A DNA stretch of 64,000 nucleotides, taken from NCBI GenBank assembly GCA_009837885.1, contig VXSP01000045.1, positions 325,526 through 389,525 on the forward strand, in the 5' to 3' direction. Shown one piece after another: positions 1 through 9,526 of this stretch; positions within the stretch are counted from its first letter, which is position 1; the number at the start of each line of letters is the position of its first letter. Position numbers and translations under genes: made by a program. Below the pieces are notes generated by a model. That model ran no database searches. It was not told where the DNA came from and saw nothing but the letters and a program-made list of their open reading frames with translations. Origin of the DNA: Holophagales bacterium. Lineage in GTDB: Bacteria; Acidobacteriota; Thermoanaerobaculia; Multivoradales; Multivoraceae.

Positions 1-764
1 ACGAAGCGGCGCGCCGCTTCGAACGCGCCCTGGGACTCCGGCCGTCGTACTGGGCGGCGCGCGTCCGGCTCGGCAACGCCCTGCTAGCCGCGGGTAACGC
101 GAGTGGCGCCGAGGCGGCGTTCCGCGCGGTGCGGGCCGCGTCTCCCGGCACGCCCTGGGGCGAACTCGGATTGGGCAAGACGGCCCGCCGCCAAGGCGAG
201 CCCGAGACCGCGGCTCAACATCTGCGCACGGCGCTGGCGCTCGATCCGGCCCATCGCGAGACCCGCTATCTGCTGGCGATGACGGAGCGGCAGCTCGGCA
301 ACTCCGAGCGCGCCGGAGAACTGTTGGCCGGCCTGGAGGCCGCGGAAGTCTCCAGCCTCGACGATCCGATGCTGGAGGCCGTGTTCGAACTCGTCCGGGA
401 CACGCAGACCATGATCCGGACCGCGAACCAGCGGTTGGCCGAAGGGAACCACGTCGCCGCGGGGCGCCTCTACCGCGAGGTGCTGCGGCTCGATCCGGAT
501 TCCTACGACGCGCACCTCAACCTGGGCGTGCTCCACGGTCTGGCCGACCGCAACCAGGAGGCCGCCGCGGCGCTGGAGAGGGCGCTCGAGATCGATCCGG
601 ACCGGGCCGACGCCTACGCGCTTCTCACGATCGCCTACATCAGGACCGGACGTGCCGAAGAAGGCTTGCGTCAGTTGGAAAAGGCGCTCGAGTTGGACCC
701 CGATCATCCTCGTGCGCGAGAGATTCTCCGCAGCCTGGGCGGCAGTTTGGAACAGTTGCGCTAA
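1..764 (+). CDS. TPR-repeat protein, C-terminal part (5' end outside window)
   Basis: Open frame runs from base 3 in-frame into ORF 129..764. The translation has tandem 34-aa TPR-like units (AxxxLxxALxLDPxxxxA). Codon third positions are GC-rich. Confidence 0.7.
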   Translation, partial: EAARRFERALGLRPSYWAARVRLGNALLAAGNASGAEAAFRAVRAASPGTPWGELGLGKTARRQGEPETAAQHLRTALALDPAHRETRYLLAMTERQLGNSERAGELLAGLEAAEVSSLDDPMLEAVFELVRDTQTMIRTANQRLAEGNHVAAGRLYREVLRLDPDSYDAHLNLGVLHGLADRNQEAAAALERALEIDPDRADAYALLTIAYIRTGRAEEGLRQLEKALELDPDHPRAREILRSLGGSLEQLR

Positions 765-1102
765 CATCTGATGTTTGGCCCCACTGGGACGGCTCTTGCG
801 CCGCCTGGTCAACGGCGCGCCGGAGTTGTCCTGGTGAGACTCCAGGTCGGTTCCCCGGCGTGAAGCAACGTCCGAGGCTCCGACCCGGAGTTGAACGGGC
901 AGCCGGGAATCACGAAGCGTGGTGATTCCCTCGGCTCACAGGGGTCTTCTCCAGCAGACGGGAGAATGCCTCAGGCGGCCGGAAGTGGCCGGTACGAGAT
1001 CGGAGATGGCCGGTCTGTCCGGCTGGAGAGTCAATTGTCTCTCCGCCCCTCGCTGCCCGTCGGGTCGCGATTCAGCGAAGGTCGACCGAGAGGGGGGTTC
1101 AG

Positions 1103-4100
1103 ATGGATACGAGAGTCTTGTGCGCGGCGCGGCGTTTCGCCGCGGGCTGCGTGTTGTCCATGGGTGGCGTTGGGGCTGGTTACGGACAGATCGTGATCAA
1201 CGAGATCATGCAGAACCCCAGTGCTGTCAACGACAACCAGGGCGAGTGGTTCGAGCTCTACAACGCGGGGAGTGAGACGGTCGACCTGAACACCTGGACG
1301 ATCAAGGACGATGGCAGCAACACGTTCACCATCTCCAGCAGCACGGAAATCACTGCGGGCGGTTACCTCGTCTTCGGAATCAACGCGACGACATCGTCCA
1401 ACGGGGGCGTCACGGTCGACTACGACTATCCGAACGGCTTCTCTCTGAGCAACGGCGACGACGAACTCGTGCTTCTGGATGGCACAAGCACGGAGCAGGA
1501 CCGCGTCAACTGGGACGGCGGACCGAACTTTCCCGACCCGAACGGAGCCTCGATGGCGCTCAAGGCGACCGACCTCGACAACAACGTCGGTTCCAACTGG
1601 TGCGAGGCGACGACCAGCTACGGCGACGGCGACAAGGGCACGCCCGGCGCCGCGAACGACTGTCCGACGGCGCCGGTGGACTTCACGGGCGCCATCTATG
1701 ACATTCAGGGGAGCGGTGCCGAAAGCCCCCACGTTGGCGCCAAAGTCACGACGAACGACAACGTAGTGACCGCGGTAGGCGCGGGCGGCTTCTTCATCCA
1801 GACCCCAACCGCGGCCAGCGACAGCGACGCCGACACCTCGGACGGGATCTTCGTTCTCTACGACGGAACGACGACGATCAACGCAGGCGACCAGGTCGAC
1901 GTGGTGGGCGAAGCCGAGGAGTTCTTCGGTTTCACCCGGATCAACGCCACGATGTCCATTACCGATGCGTCGGTCACCGTCGACGCCAGCAACCAGACGT
2001 TGCCCGATCCGGTGGCTTTCGGCGCGACGGTGCCTTCGGGTGACCCAGCGAGTCCCAGTTGCGCGATCGAGTACGAGTGCTATGAGGGCATGCGGATCCG
2101 GATCGCGTCGGGCACGGTGAGCAGCGGCAGCCAGTTCTTTCGTAGCGACCCGGTTGCCGAGATGTACATCACTCCCACTTCGTCGCGCGCGTTTCGGGAG
2201 AAGGGTCTCGAGTATCCGGGCGACACGACGAACACGAACATCCCCGTTTGGGACACGAATCCCGAGCTCTTCGAACTCGACCCGAACAAGCTGCGTGACG
2301 AGAACGAGTCCTGGGTGCCCGGGACGGCGTTTTCGGCAACGGGTGTCCTCGGTTACGAGTTCGGTGGCTATGAACTCTGGCCGACCGAGTTGACGCGCCT
2401 CACCGCAGCCACCGCTCTGCCACGACCGGTCCGGCAGCGAAGGGCGGGCGAGGTGTCGGTCGCGTCACTGAACCTGCTGAACCTGAACGCTTCGGCCGGG
2501 GACTACGACACGAAGCTGGTCAAGCTGTCCCGCTACATACGTGAGGTCTTGCGATCTCCGGACGTCATCGGCATCCAGGAGGTCTTCACGATCGAAGCAC
2601 TGACCGCGCTGGGCAACAAGATTCGAACCGATGGCGGTCCTACGTACACGGCGTACGTCGAAGTGGGCAACCAGCCGACCGGGGCGAACGTCGGCTTCCT
2701 TGTGCGCTCGGGAGTCACGGTCGACGCGGTTACCCAGCACAACAAGAGCGAGACGTTCGTCAACCCGACAACGACCAACAACGACATCCTGCACGACCGG
2801 CCGCCGCTGCAGCTCGATGCGTCCGTCACCGGCATCGAGTTCTCGGTGATCGTCATTCACAACCGCTCGTTCATCGATGTCGACACCGATCGGGTGCAGG
2901 TTAAGCGCCTGGAACAGGCCGAGTCCGTAGCAGCCCTGGCTCAGGCGCGCCAGGACTCGAAGCTGATCATCGTCGGCGACTTCAACGCGTATCAGTTCAC
3001 CGACGGCTACTCCGACATCGTCGGCGTGATTTCGGGCGACTTCACGGCCAGTGAGAGTAAACGTCCCGGAATGGACCTGGTGAATCCGAACCTCAAGAAC
3101 CTGGTCGCGGATCTGGAAGCAGCGGAACAGTACTCCTACGTGTTCCGGGGCAACGCCCAGGCGCTTGATCATGCTCTGGTCAATGCAGAGATGCAGCCGA
3201 GCGTGGTCGAGATGGTCTACGCGCGGGGCAACGCGGATGCGGCGGAAGGCGAGGAGGAAAACGCGGGCTCAGCTCTCTACGCCTCCGACCACGACGGTTT
3301 CGTGGTGTTCCTGTCGGCGCCGGGTCGTGCGGCTCCGCAAGCGCCGGGCGATCCGGGTGGCGGCACACCGCAGACAGCGGATCTGGACCTCGGCGCCGAA
3401 AGCCAGATCGTCTCGAACAGCATGGTTCGCTACGACGTCAGTGTCGAAAACGAGGGTCCCGGCATCGCTCGTGACGTCGTTGTCATGAGTTCCTTCTCGG
3501 GCGGCGTCGCCCCAGTGGAGGCGAGGACCTCCGGCTGCGAGGAGGATCCGGGTGGCGTACCGGAGTGCAGTCTCGGCGACATCCGGGTCGGAGAGTCCGC
3601 CTCGTTCAGGATCAACGTAGACACCGGCGGCGCCAGTGAGGCGTCGCTCCGGTACAGCGGCTCCATCGTCAGCGACACGTCGGATCCGACGCCGGAGGAT
3701 GACGATATCGACATCTCCCAGCCGCTCGGTCCGCCGAACATTCCCAGCGATCTCGTGGCGACGGCGATCAGTTCGACCGAGATCGAACTCCGCTGGAAGG
3801 ACAACTCGAGCGTCGAGACCGGCTTCGAGGTCTTCCTTCAGGGTCCAGGCGACTCGAGGCTGCGGCTGATCGGGTCGGTGCCCCGGAACACGACCTCCAT
3901 GATCGTCGCCGATCTGGTGCCCGACATCAGGTACAACTTTGCTGTCGAAGCACACAATGGCCCGCTGCGCTCGGGACAGACGCCGAAGGCAACCGCGACG
4001 ACATGGTTCTCGGACGCAGCCGGCTGTGCTGATGATTCCGTGCTCTGCGTCGGGAGCTTTGAGGTCGAGGTCGAGTGGACAGCGGCCGACGGCAGGACGG

Positions 4101-4834
4101 GGCGCGGCGTCGCCGAGCGGTTGACCGCGGAGACCGGGGACTTCTGGTTCTTCCATCCGGCGAACATCGAGATGGTGATCAAGGTACTGGACGGTTGCCG
4201 GATCAACGGTCACTACTGGGTCTTTGCCGCCGGTCTGACCGACGTCCAGGTGACGACGACCGTTCGCGACCTCCGCAGTGGCCTGGAGATGAGCTGGACC
4301 AACCCGCAGGGCACCCTGTTCGAGCCAATCGCGGATTCGGAGGCGTTCGCCACCTGCGGAAGTGCGTCGAGCGTGGCCGTCGCGAGCCGGGTACGGCTCA
4401 GCGGCGCTCCGCGGGAACGCGCTGTCGACCTCTATCAGGCGAGTCTGGCCGAGAGTGATCGACTCGATCTGGCCAGCACGGCCTGTGCGGCGAGCGAGAC
4501 AGCGCTGTGCCTGCAGAGTGCCCGCTACGAGGTGCGTGCGAACTGGCAGGCCGGTGAGCAGGAGGGCGAGGCGATGGGCATGCCACGCACTCCCGACACC
4601 GGCATGTTCTGGTTCTTCAACCCGGACAACGTCGAACTGATCGTCAAGGTGCTCGATGGTTGCGCCCTCAATGGCCACCGCTGGGTGCTGATGGGCGGTC
4701 TGACGGATGTCGGCGTCGATATCTTCGTGACGGACAGCGAAACCGGCGAAGCGAGGATCTACGGGAGTCCGGGCGCTTCGGCTTTCCAGACGATGTTCGA
4801 CACAACGGCGTTCTCATGTGGCGCTGGGAAGTAG
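1103..4834 (+). CDS. Secreted ExeM/NucH-family extracellular nuclease-like multidomain protein (LTD + endonuclease/exonuclease/phosphatase domain + FN3 + DUF11-like + duplicated C-terminal module)
   Basis: - N-terminal signal-like segment.
- Lamin-tail-domain motif IVINEIMQNP...GEWFELYN.
- EEP-fold motifs (VASLNLLN, DRPPL, SDHDG).
- FN3-like segment (ISSTEIELRWKDNS).
- DUF11-like segment (VSVENEGPGIARDVVV).
- Two C-terminal ~120-aa repeats (FWFF.P.N.E.IVKVLDGC..NGH.WV..GLTDV).
- Purine-rich ribosome-binding site (RBS) gagagggggg upstream of the ATG. Confidence 0.75.
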   Translation: MDTRVLCAARRFAAGCVLSMGGVGAGYGQIVINEIMQNPSAVNDNQGEWFELYNAGSETVDLNTWTIKDDGSNTFTISSSTEITAGGYLVFGINATTSSNGGVTVDYDYPNGFSLSNGDDELVLLDGTSTEQDRVNWDGGPNFPDPNGASMALKATDLDNNVGSNWCEATTSYGDGDKGTPGAANDCPTAPVDFTGAIYDIQGSGAESPHVGAKVTTNDNVVTAVGAGGFFIQTPTAASDSDADTSDGIFVLYDGTTTINAGDQVDVVGEAEEFFGFTRINATMSITDASVTVDASNQTLPDPVAFGATVPSGDPASPSCAIEYECYEGMRIRIASGTVSSGSQFFRSDPVAEMYITPTSSRAFREKGLEYPGDTTNTNIPVWDTNPELFELDPNKLRDENESWVPGTAFSATGVLGYEFGGYELWPTELTRLTAATALPRPVRQRRAGEVSVASLNLLNLNASAGDYDTKLVKLSRYIREVLRSPDVIGIQEVFTIEALTALGNKIRTDGGPTYTAYVEVGNQPTGANVGFLVRSGVTVDAVTQHNKSETFVNPTTTNNDILHDRPPLQLDASVTGIEFSVIVIHNRSFIDVDTDRVQVKRLEQAESVAALAQARQDSKLIIVGDFNAYQFTDGYSDIVGVISGDFTASESKRPGMDLVNPNLKNLVADLEAAEQYSYVFRGNAQALDHALVNAEMQPSVVEMVYARGNADAAEGEEENAGSALYASDHDGFVVFLSAPGRAAPQAPGDPGGGTPQTADLDLGAESQIVSNSMVRYDVSVENEGPGIARDVVVMSSFSGGVAPVEARTSGCEEDPGGVPECSLGDIRVGESASFRINVDTGGASEASLRYSGSIVSDTSDPTPEDDDIDISQPLGPPNIPSDLVATAISSTEIELRWKDNSSVETGFEVFLQGPGDSRLRLIGSVPRNTTSMIVADLVPDIRYNFAVEAHNGPLRSGQTPKATATTWFSDAAGCADDSVLCVGSFEVEVEWTAADGRTGRGVAERLTAETGDFWFFHPANIEMVIKVLDGCRINGHYWVFAAGLTDVQVTTTVRDLRSGLEMSWTNPQGTLFEPIADSEAFATCGSASSVAVASRVRLSGAPRERAVDLYQASLAESDRLDLASTACAASETALCLQSARYEVRANWQAGEQEGEAMGMPRTPDTGMFWFFNPDNVELIVKVLDGCALNGHRWVLMGGLTDVGVDIFVTDSETGEARIYGSPGASAFQTMFDTTAFSCGAGK

Positions 4835-5011
4835 GTCCGCCGGCAGATCCTCAACGCCGAGATACTTCGCGTCGTAGGCGGTCCCCCAGAACACCTGCGT
4901 GGGGTGGTCCACGGCGGCTGCGGGCGAGTAAGTGCCGCGGTCCTGGGCGGGTAGGGCGCCGGTCAGCGACACGGCTGCCACGGTGCCGAGCAACGCGGTG
5001 TTCGGCTTCAT
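4814..5011 (-). CDS. Small secreted hypothetical protein (about 65 aa)
   Basis: The ATG at 5011 is preceded by a GGAGG RBS about 11 nt upstream. The N-terminus looks like a signal peptide (MKPNTALLGTVAAVSLTGALPAQD). Third positions are GC-rich, but no family was recognised. Confidence 0.3.
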   Translation of the reverse strand: MKPNTALLGTVAAVSLTGALPAQDRGTYSPAAAVDHPTQVFWGTAYDAKYLGVEDLPADLLPSAT

Positions 5012-5094
5012 CCCCTGGCTACCTCCGGAAGTAGGGTCGGCGGCGTAGCCGCCGGTCGCTATCATCGCGCGCTTGGACGGAAGGAGGCGGCGAC

Positions 5095-6126
5095 GTGTTG
5101 AAGGCGGTTCAGTTGGGTCAGAAGTGCGGACTCCGGGTGTCGGAGCTGTGCCTGGGAACGATGAACTTCGGAGAGCCGGGCAGGGGTCACCAGGGCGACT
5201 GGACGCTCGATATCGACGCCTCTCGGCCGATCTTCCAGGCCGCCATTGAGCGTGGACTCTTCTACTTCGACTGCGCGGACATCTATGGCATCGGCGCCTG
5301 CGAGCGGGTGGTCGGGGCGCTCCTGCGCGAGCTGCTGCCGCGCGACGAGTACGTGATCTCGACCAAGGTGTCCATGCCGATGGGCCGGTCGCCGAACCAG
5401 GGCGGGCTGTCCCGCAAGCACATCATGGAGGGGGTCGACGGTTGTTTGCAGCGGCTGGGCCTGGACTACATCGACCAGTTGATCATCCATCGCCACCCGC
5501 ACGGCATTCCCGGCCAGGTCCAGGCGCCGATCGAGGAGACGCTGGAGGCCCTGCACGACGTGGTCAAGGCCGGCAAGGCCCTCTACCTTGGCGCGTCGTC
5601 CATGTTCGCGTGGCAGTTCACCGAGCTCCAGATGACGGCGCAGCGGAACGGCTGGACCGAGTTCGTGTCGATGCAGAACCACTACAACCTCGTCTACCGG
5701 GAGGAGGAGCGTGAGATGAACCCGTACTGCGCCCGGACCGGCGTGGCGCTGACTCCGTGGTCGCCGCTGGCACGCGGCATTCTCACGGGCTCGTACAAGG
5801 GCAGCTTCGACGAGGGCGGAACGGACCGCTCGAAGGGCGGCGACCGGGTCCGCACCGAGATGCTCTACGGCGGCGCCGCCACCTTCGACATCGCCGACCG
5901 GGTGGTCGAAGTGGCCGGGAAGTACGGCCGCACGCCGGCGCAGATCTCGCTGGCCTGGCTGGTGAACAAGCCCGAGGTCACATCGCCCGTCGTCGGCGTG
6001 TCGAAGATCTCCCAGATCGAGCAGCTCGTCGAGGCGACGACGATCGACCTCGATGCGGAGGACGTCGCCTACCTGGAGGAGCTGTACCAGCCGGTCGAGA
6101 ACCTGCTGTCGCGCGGTCACTCCTGA
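5095..6126 (+). CDS. Aldo/keto reductase family oxidoreductase
   Basis: GTG start with a strong RBS (ggaaggagg). Typical AKR N-terminus (LGTMNFGE...) and full length of 343 aa. Confidence 0.9.
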   Translation: MLKAVQLGQKCGLRVSELCLGTMNFGEPGRGHQGDWTLDIDASRPIFQAAIERGLFYFDCADIYGIGACERVVGALLRELLPRDEYVISTKVSMPMGRSPNQGGLSRKHIMEGVDGCLQRLGLDYIDQLIIHRHPHGIPGQVQAPIEETLEALHDVVKAGKALYLGASSMFAWQFTELQMTAQRNGWTEFVSMQNHYNLVYREEEREMNPYCARTGVALTPWSPLARGILTGSYKGSFDEGGTDRSKGGDRVRTEMLYGGAATFDIADRVVEVAGKYGRTPAQISLAWLVNKPEVTSPVVGVSKISQIEQLVEATTIDLDAEDVAYLEELYQPVENLLSRGHS

Positions 6127-6176
6127 GCGTTCCCGGCCTGCCGTCGGGCGCCCAGCCGCTATCATCGGCGGCGACC

Positions 6177-8015
6177 TTGAAGCATCGCGTTCATCCGGGA
6201 GGCTGCGCGGCGGTGGCGATCGCCTGCTGCATCGCCCTGCCTGTAGCTGCCATCGGCGCGCCGGTCGATACGGCCGGCCACGCCTGGGTCGGCGACCTGG
6301 CGCCGCTGGCCGAGTCGGACTTCGGTTACGAGCAGGCGGCGCACCTGCTGGAACGGGCCGGCTTCGGCGGTACGCCGGCGGAGATCGAGGAACTCGTTTC
6401 GCTCGGGCTGGAAGGCGCCGTCGCCCGGCTCGTGGACTACGAGACGATCGACGACTCGGCGCTCACGCCGTTCGACGAATCCGGGATCTGGGATCCGGGC
6501 ATGGACCCGTTCCCGCCCAGCCGGGCGGCGGCGGTGCGGCGAGCGCGGCGGCACGGCCGGTCGCTCGGCGTGGACGTCCTACCCGAGGGTTCGTCGCGGC
6601 CGATCCAGCCGGTGGTCGACAAGTTCTTCTACGGGCTGCGCAGCAACGTGCTGGAGACGCGGCGGCTGGCGCTGTGGTGGGCCGATCGGATGGTGGTGAC
6701 GCCGCGGCCGCTGGAAGAGAAGATGACCCTCTTCTGGCACGACCACTTCGCGACCTCGGAAGTCAAGGTCCGCGACGCGCGCAAGATGCACCTCCAGAAC
6801 CGGACGTTGCGTACTCATGCCACGGCGGACTTCAAGAGCCTGGTGCTCGCGGTAATGCGCGATCCGGCGATGCTGGTTTACCTCGACAACCGGGAGAACG
6901 TGAAGGACCACCCGAACGAGAACTTCGGCCGCGAGCTGCTCGAGCTGTTCACGATGGGGGTCGGCAACTACACCGAGCAGGACATTCGCGAGGCGTCGCG
7001 GGCGTTCACCGGCTGGACGAACGACGTCCTCGACTTCCGGTTCGACGCCGATCTCCATGACGGTGGCCCGAAGACCTTCCTGGGGCGCGAGGGGAACCTG
7101 GGCGGCGAGGAAGTGCTCGACATCATCCTCGAGCAGCCGGCGACCGGCGAGTTCATCGCCGGCAAGGTTTACCGCTACCTGGTGCGGGAGGAACTCGACC
7201 CGGCGCTCCAGGTCGAACTGGGCCGGCGCCTGCGCGAATCGGGATACGAACTGAAGGCGCTGCTGCGAACGATCCTGTCGTCGCGGGACTTCTACAGTCC
7301 GCCGTCGGTCGCCACCCAGATCAAGAGCCCGGTCGCTCTCTTTGTCTCGACGTACCGCAAGTTCGGCGTGCCGACGGCGCCCACGGTACCCGACATGAAC
7401 AGCCTCGCGGGTCGCCTGGGCCAGCAACTGCTCTACCCGCCGAACGTGGCCGGCTGGGCGGGCGGGCGCACCTGGATCACGCCGGCGACGTTGCTCGAGC
7501 GCGGCAACGCGATGCGTTCCGTCCTCTTTCCGCCGGCGCTCGAGGAGTTCGGCCATCCGGACCGGCGGATGCCCGGGATCTATCGCCAGGTCGGCGAGCG
7601 TCTGGCGCGGGGCATGACGATCACGGCGGCGACGAAGCAGGGCGACGCCGCGTCGAACACGCTGGCCGACGCGGATGAGGAGTACAACACCCGCTACGGC
7701 GGCTATCGCGGCTACGTGGTGGCCTACGAGCGGGTCAAGCTCGTGCCGCGCCACGTCCTCGACGTCGACGTGCGAGGCATGGTGTTGGCGGCCGGCGCCA
7801 CCGACGCCGGGGGAGCGGTCGACCACCTCCTCCACCGGTTCCTGCGTGTTCCGCTGACCGAGCAGGGACGCGCGGCGCTGGTGCGGCACCTGGAGCGCGA
7901 ACTCGAGTCGACCGGCCTGGAGGCACAGGCACCGGGCGCGACCGGGAAAGTCGAGGAAGCGCTACGCTCGACCCTCTACCTCGTCTTCAGTTCGCCCGAG
8001 TATCAGTTGGGCTGA
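6177..8015 (+). CDS. DUF1800 family protein
   Basis: DUF1800 signature block (LFWHDHFATS...RDPAMLVYLDN...FTMGVGNYTEQDIRE..FTGW). The track start at 5757 overlaps the AKR. The likely start is the TTG at 6177, just before a signal-like segment (VAIACCIALPVAAIGAP). It lies directly upstream of its usual partner DUF1501. Confidence 0.75.
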   Translation: MKHRVHPGGCAAVAIACCIALPVAAIGAPVDTAGHAWVGDLAPLAESDFGYEQAAHLLERAGFGGTPAEIEELVSLGLEGAVARLVDYETIDDSALTPFDESGIWDPGMDPFPPSRAAAVRRARRHGRSLGVDVLPEGSSRPIQPVVDKFFYGLRSNVLETRRLALWWADRMVVTPRPLEEKMTLFWHDHFATSEVKVRDARKMHLQNRTLRTHATADFKSLVLAVMRDPAMLVYLDNRENVKDHPNENFGRELLELFTMGVGNYTEQDIREASRAFTGWTNDVLDFRFDADLHDGGPKTFLGREGNLGGEEVLDIILEQPATGEFIAGKVYRYLVREELDPALQVELGRRLRESGYELKALLRTILSSRDFYSPPSVATQIKSPVALFVSTYRKFGVPTAPTVPDMNSLAGRLGQQLLYPPNVAGWAGGRTWITPATLLERGNAMRSVLFPPALEEFGHPDRRMPGIYRQVGERLARGMTITAATKQGDAASNTLADADEEYNTRYGGYRGYVVAYERVKLVPRHVLDVDVRGMVLAAGATDAGGAVDHLLHRFLRVPLTEQGRAALVRHLERELESTGLEAQAPGATGKVEEALRSTLYLVFSSPEYQLG

Positions 8016-8025
8016 GGAGTTCCCG

Positions 8026-9282
8026 ATGGCTGAACGACTTCCCTGCGGCTGTTCGCGGCGCGACTTCCTGCACCGTGGCCTCCTTGGACTTGGCGTCGCC
8101 GCCGGTCTTCCGGCGGTTCTCGGACGTACGTCCGCGGCGCTCGCGCTCGAGGAACTGCGGTCCGGGATCTCGGACGCGTCGGGGCGCATCCTGGTCGTGG
8201 TCGAGCTCTCTGGCGGCAACGACGGGCTGAACACCGTCATCCCGTTCCGCAACGACGAGTACTACCGGGTGCGCCCGAACCTGGGCATCCGCCCGAAGCG
8301 GGCGATCGCCGTCACCGAGGAGGCCGGGTTCCACCCGTCGCTCGTCGGCATGGAGGGCCTCTACAAGGACGGGAACCTGGCGGTCGTCGAGGGCTGCGGC
8401 TACCCGAACCCGAGTCTGTCCCACTTCTCGTCGATGGGCTTCTGGCACACCGGCGTGCCGAACGGCGGCGAGGCGCTTGGCTGGCTGGGCCGTCTCGCGG
8501 ACGATCACGGCCCGGACGGCACGCCCAACTACATCGTCAACGTGGCCAGCTCGCAGTCCCTGGCGGTGCGCGCGGCCAGGCACTCGCCGCTGGTCTTCGA
8601 CGACCCGGGCCGCCTCCGGCGCCAGGGCACGCCGGGCGAGAAACAGGCGCTCGGCCAGTTCGGCACGGACGAGGCGAGCGGCAACGACGCCCTCGACTTC
8701 CTGCGCGGCACGGCCGCCAACGCCGCTTCCAGTGCGGCGCTCGTGCGCGACGCGTGGTCCGGCTACCGCACGCCAGTCGACTACGGCATCGGCGGCCTCG
8801 GCGCCGACCTGCGCAAGGTCGCGGCCTTGATCGAGGCCGAACTGCCCACGCGCATCTACTACGTCAGCTTCCGCGGCAACTCGTTCGACACCCACGTCCA
8901 CCAGGCCGACACCCACGCCCGGCTGCTGATGTACATGTCCGACGCGGTCGCCGGCTTCCTGCGCGACGTCGACCGGATCGGCCGCGCCGACGATGTGGCG
9001 GTGCTGATGTTCACCGAGTTCGGCCGGCGGGTGGAGGAGAACGCGAGCCTCGGCACTGATCACGGCACCGCGGGCCCGATGTTCGTCGCCGGCAAAGGCG
9101 TCGCCGGCGGCTTCTACGGCGACACGCCGAGCCTCACCGACCTCGACGACGGCAACCTGAAGATGACGACCGACTTCCGGCGCGTCTACGCGTCGATGAT
9201 CGAGGGCTGGATGGGAATGGACGACGCCTCCGCGGTCCTCAAGGGCGAGTTCCCGGCGCTGCCGGTGTTCGGCGCGACGTAG
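8026..9282 (+). CDS. DUF1501 family protein, Tat-secreted
   Basis: Twin-arginine motif SRRDFLH. DUF1501 blocks (VVVELSGGNDGLNT..., FTEFGRR..EN...GTDHG). RBS gaggag upstream. Confidence 0.85.
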   Translation: MAERLPCGCSRRDFLHRGLLGLGVAAGLPAVLGRTSAALALEELRSGISDASGRILVVVELSGGNDGLNTVIPFRNDEYYRVRPNLGIRPKRAIAVTEEAGFHPSLVGMEGLYKDGNLAVVEGCGYPNPSLSHFSSMGFWHTGVPNGGEALGWLGRLADDHGPDGTPNYIVNVASSQSLAVRAARHSPLVFDDPGRLRRQGTPGEKQALGQFGTDEASGNDALDFLRGTAANAASSAALVRDAWSGYRTPVDYGIGGLGADLRKVAALIEAELPTRIYYVSFRGNSFDTHVHQADTHARLLMYMSDAVAGFLRDVDRIGRADDVAVLMFTEFGRRVEENASLGTDHGTAGPMFVAGKGVAGGFYGDTPSLTDLDDGNLKMTTDFRRVYASMIEGWMGMDDASAVLKGEFPALPVFGAT

Positions 9283-9401
9283 GCTTCGGGCTGGCGTTGG
9301 TTGGTGCCGAGATCGCGGCCTGGGAGCGTTCCCTTTCGGCAGTCGACTTCGTTCTCGGTTGACACCGGGAGTCGTCTGTGGTCGGATCCGACATGCGAAA
9401 A

Positions 9402-9421
9402 GACCCGCCGAGAGGCGGGTC
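9402..9421 (-). terminator. Intrinsic-terminator-like hairpin on the minus strand (GACCCGCC-tctc-GGCGGGTC followed by TTTTCG)
   Basis: Perfect 8-bp GC-rich stem with a 4-nt loop. The U-tract is present only when read on the minus strand. It lies upstream of the NYN gene start. Confidence 0.4.
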
Positions 9422-9526
9422 GCAGATAGCCATCCGGCCCGAAGCGCTAAGCAACTACAATGGGCGGCTGGCTTTTCATGGGGGCTCCCTCGGGAGCCCC
9501 TCGTTAGTTTGCGGCGGAGAGGGTCG

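Noticed and set aside
765-1102. Palindromes upstream of the nuclease gene (GGGAATCAC-gaagcg-GTGATTCCC at about 905-930 and GGAGAG-tcaattgt-CTCTCC at about 1028-1047)
   Set aside because: They are short and there is nothing to compare them with. They could be a terminator of the TPR gene or an operator, but the evidence is too weak to call a regulatory site.
5062-6165. 367-aa minus-strand ORF antisense to the aldo/keto reductase
   Set aside because: Arg/Pro/Gly-rich low-complexity translation typical of off-frame GC-rich sequence. The plus-strand AKR has a clear family signature and RBS.
5757-6176. N-terminal 140 aa of the 752-aa DUF1800 track ORF overlapping the AKR gene
   Set aside because: Arg-rich junk translation overlapping a bona fide gene. 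A signal-peptide-like segment begins at TTG 6177, just after the AKR stop.
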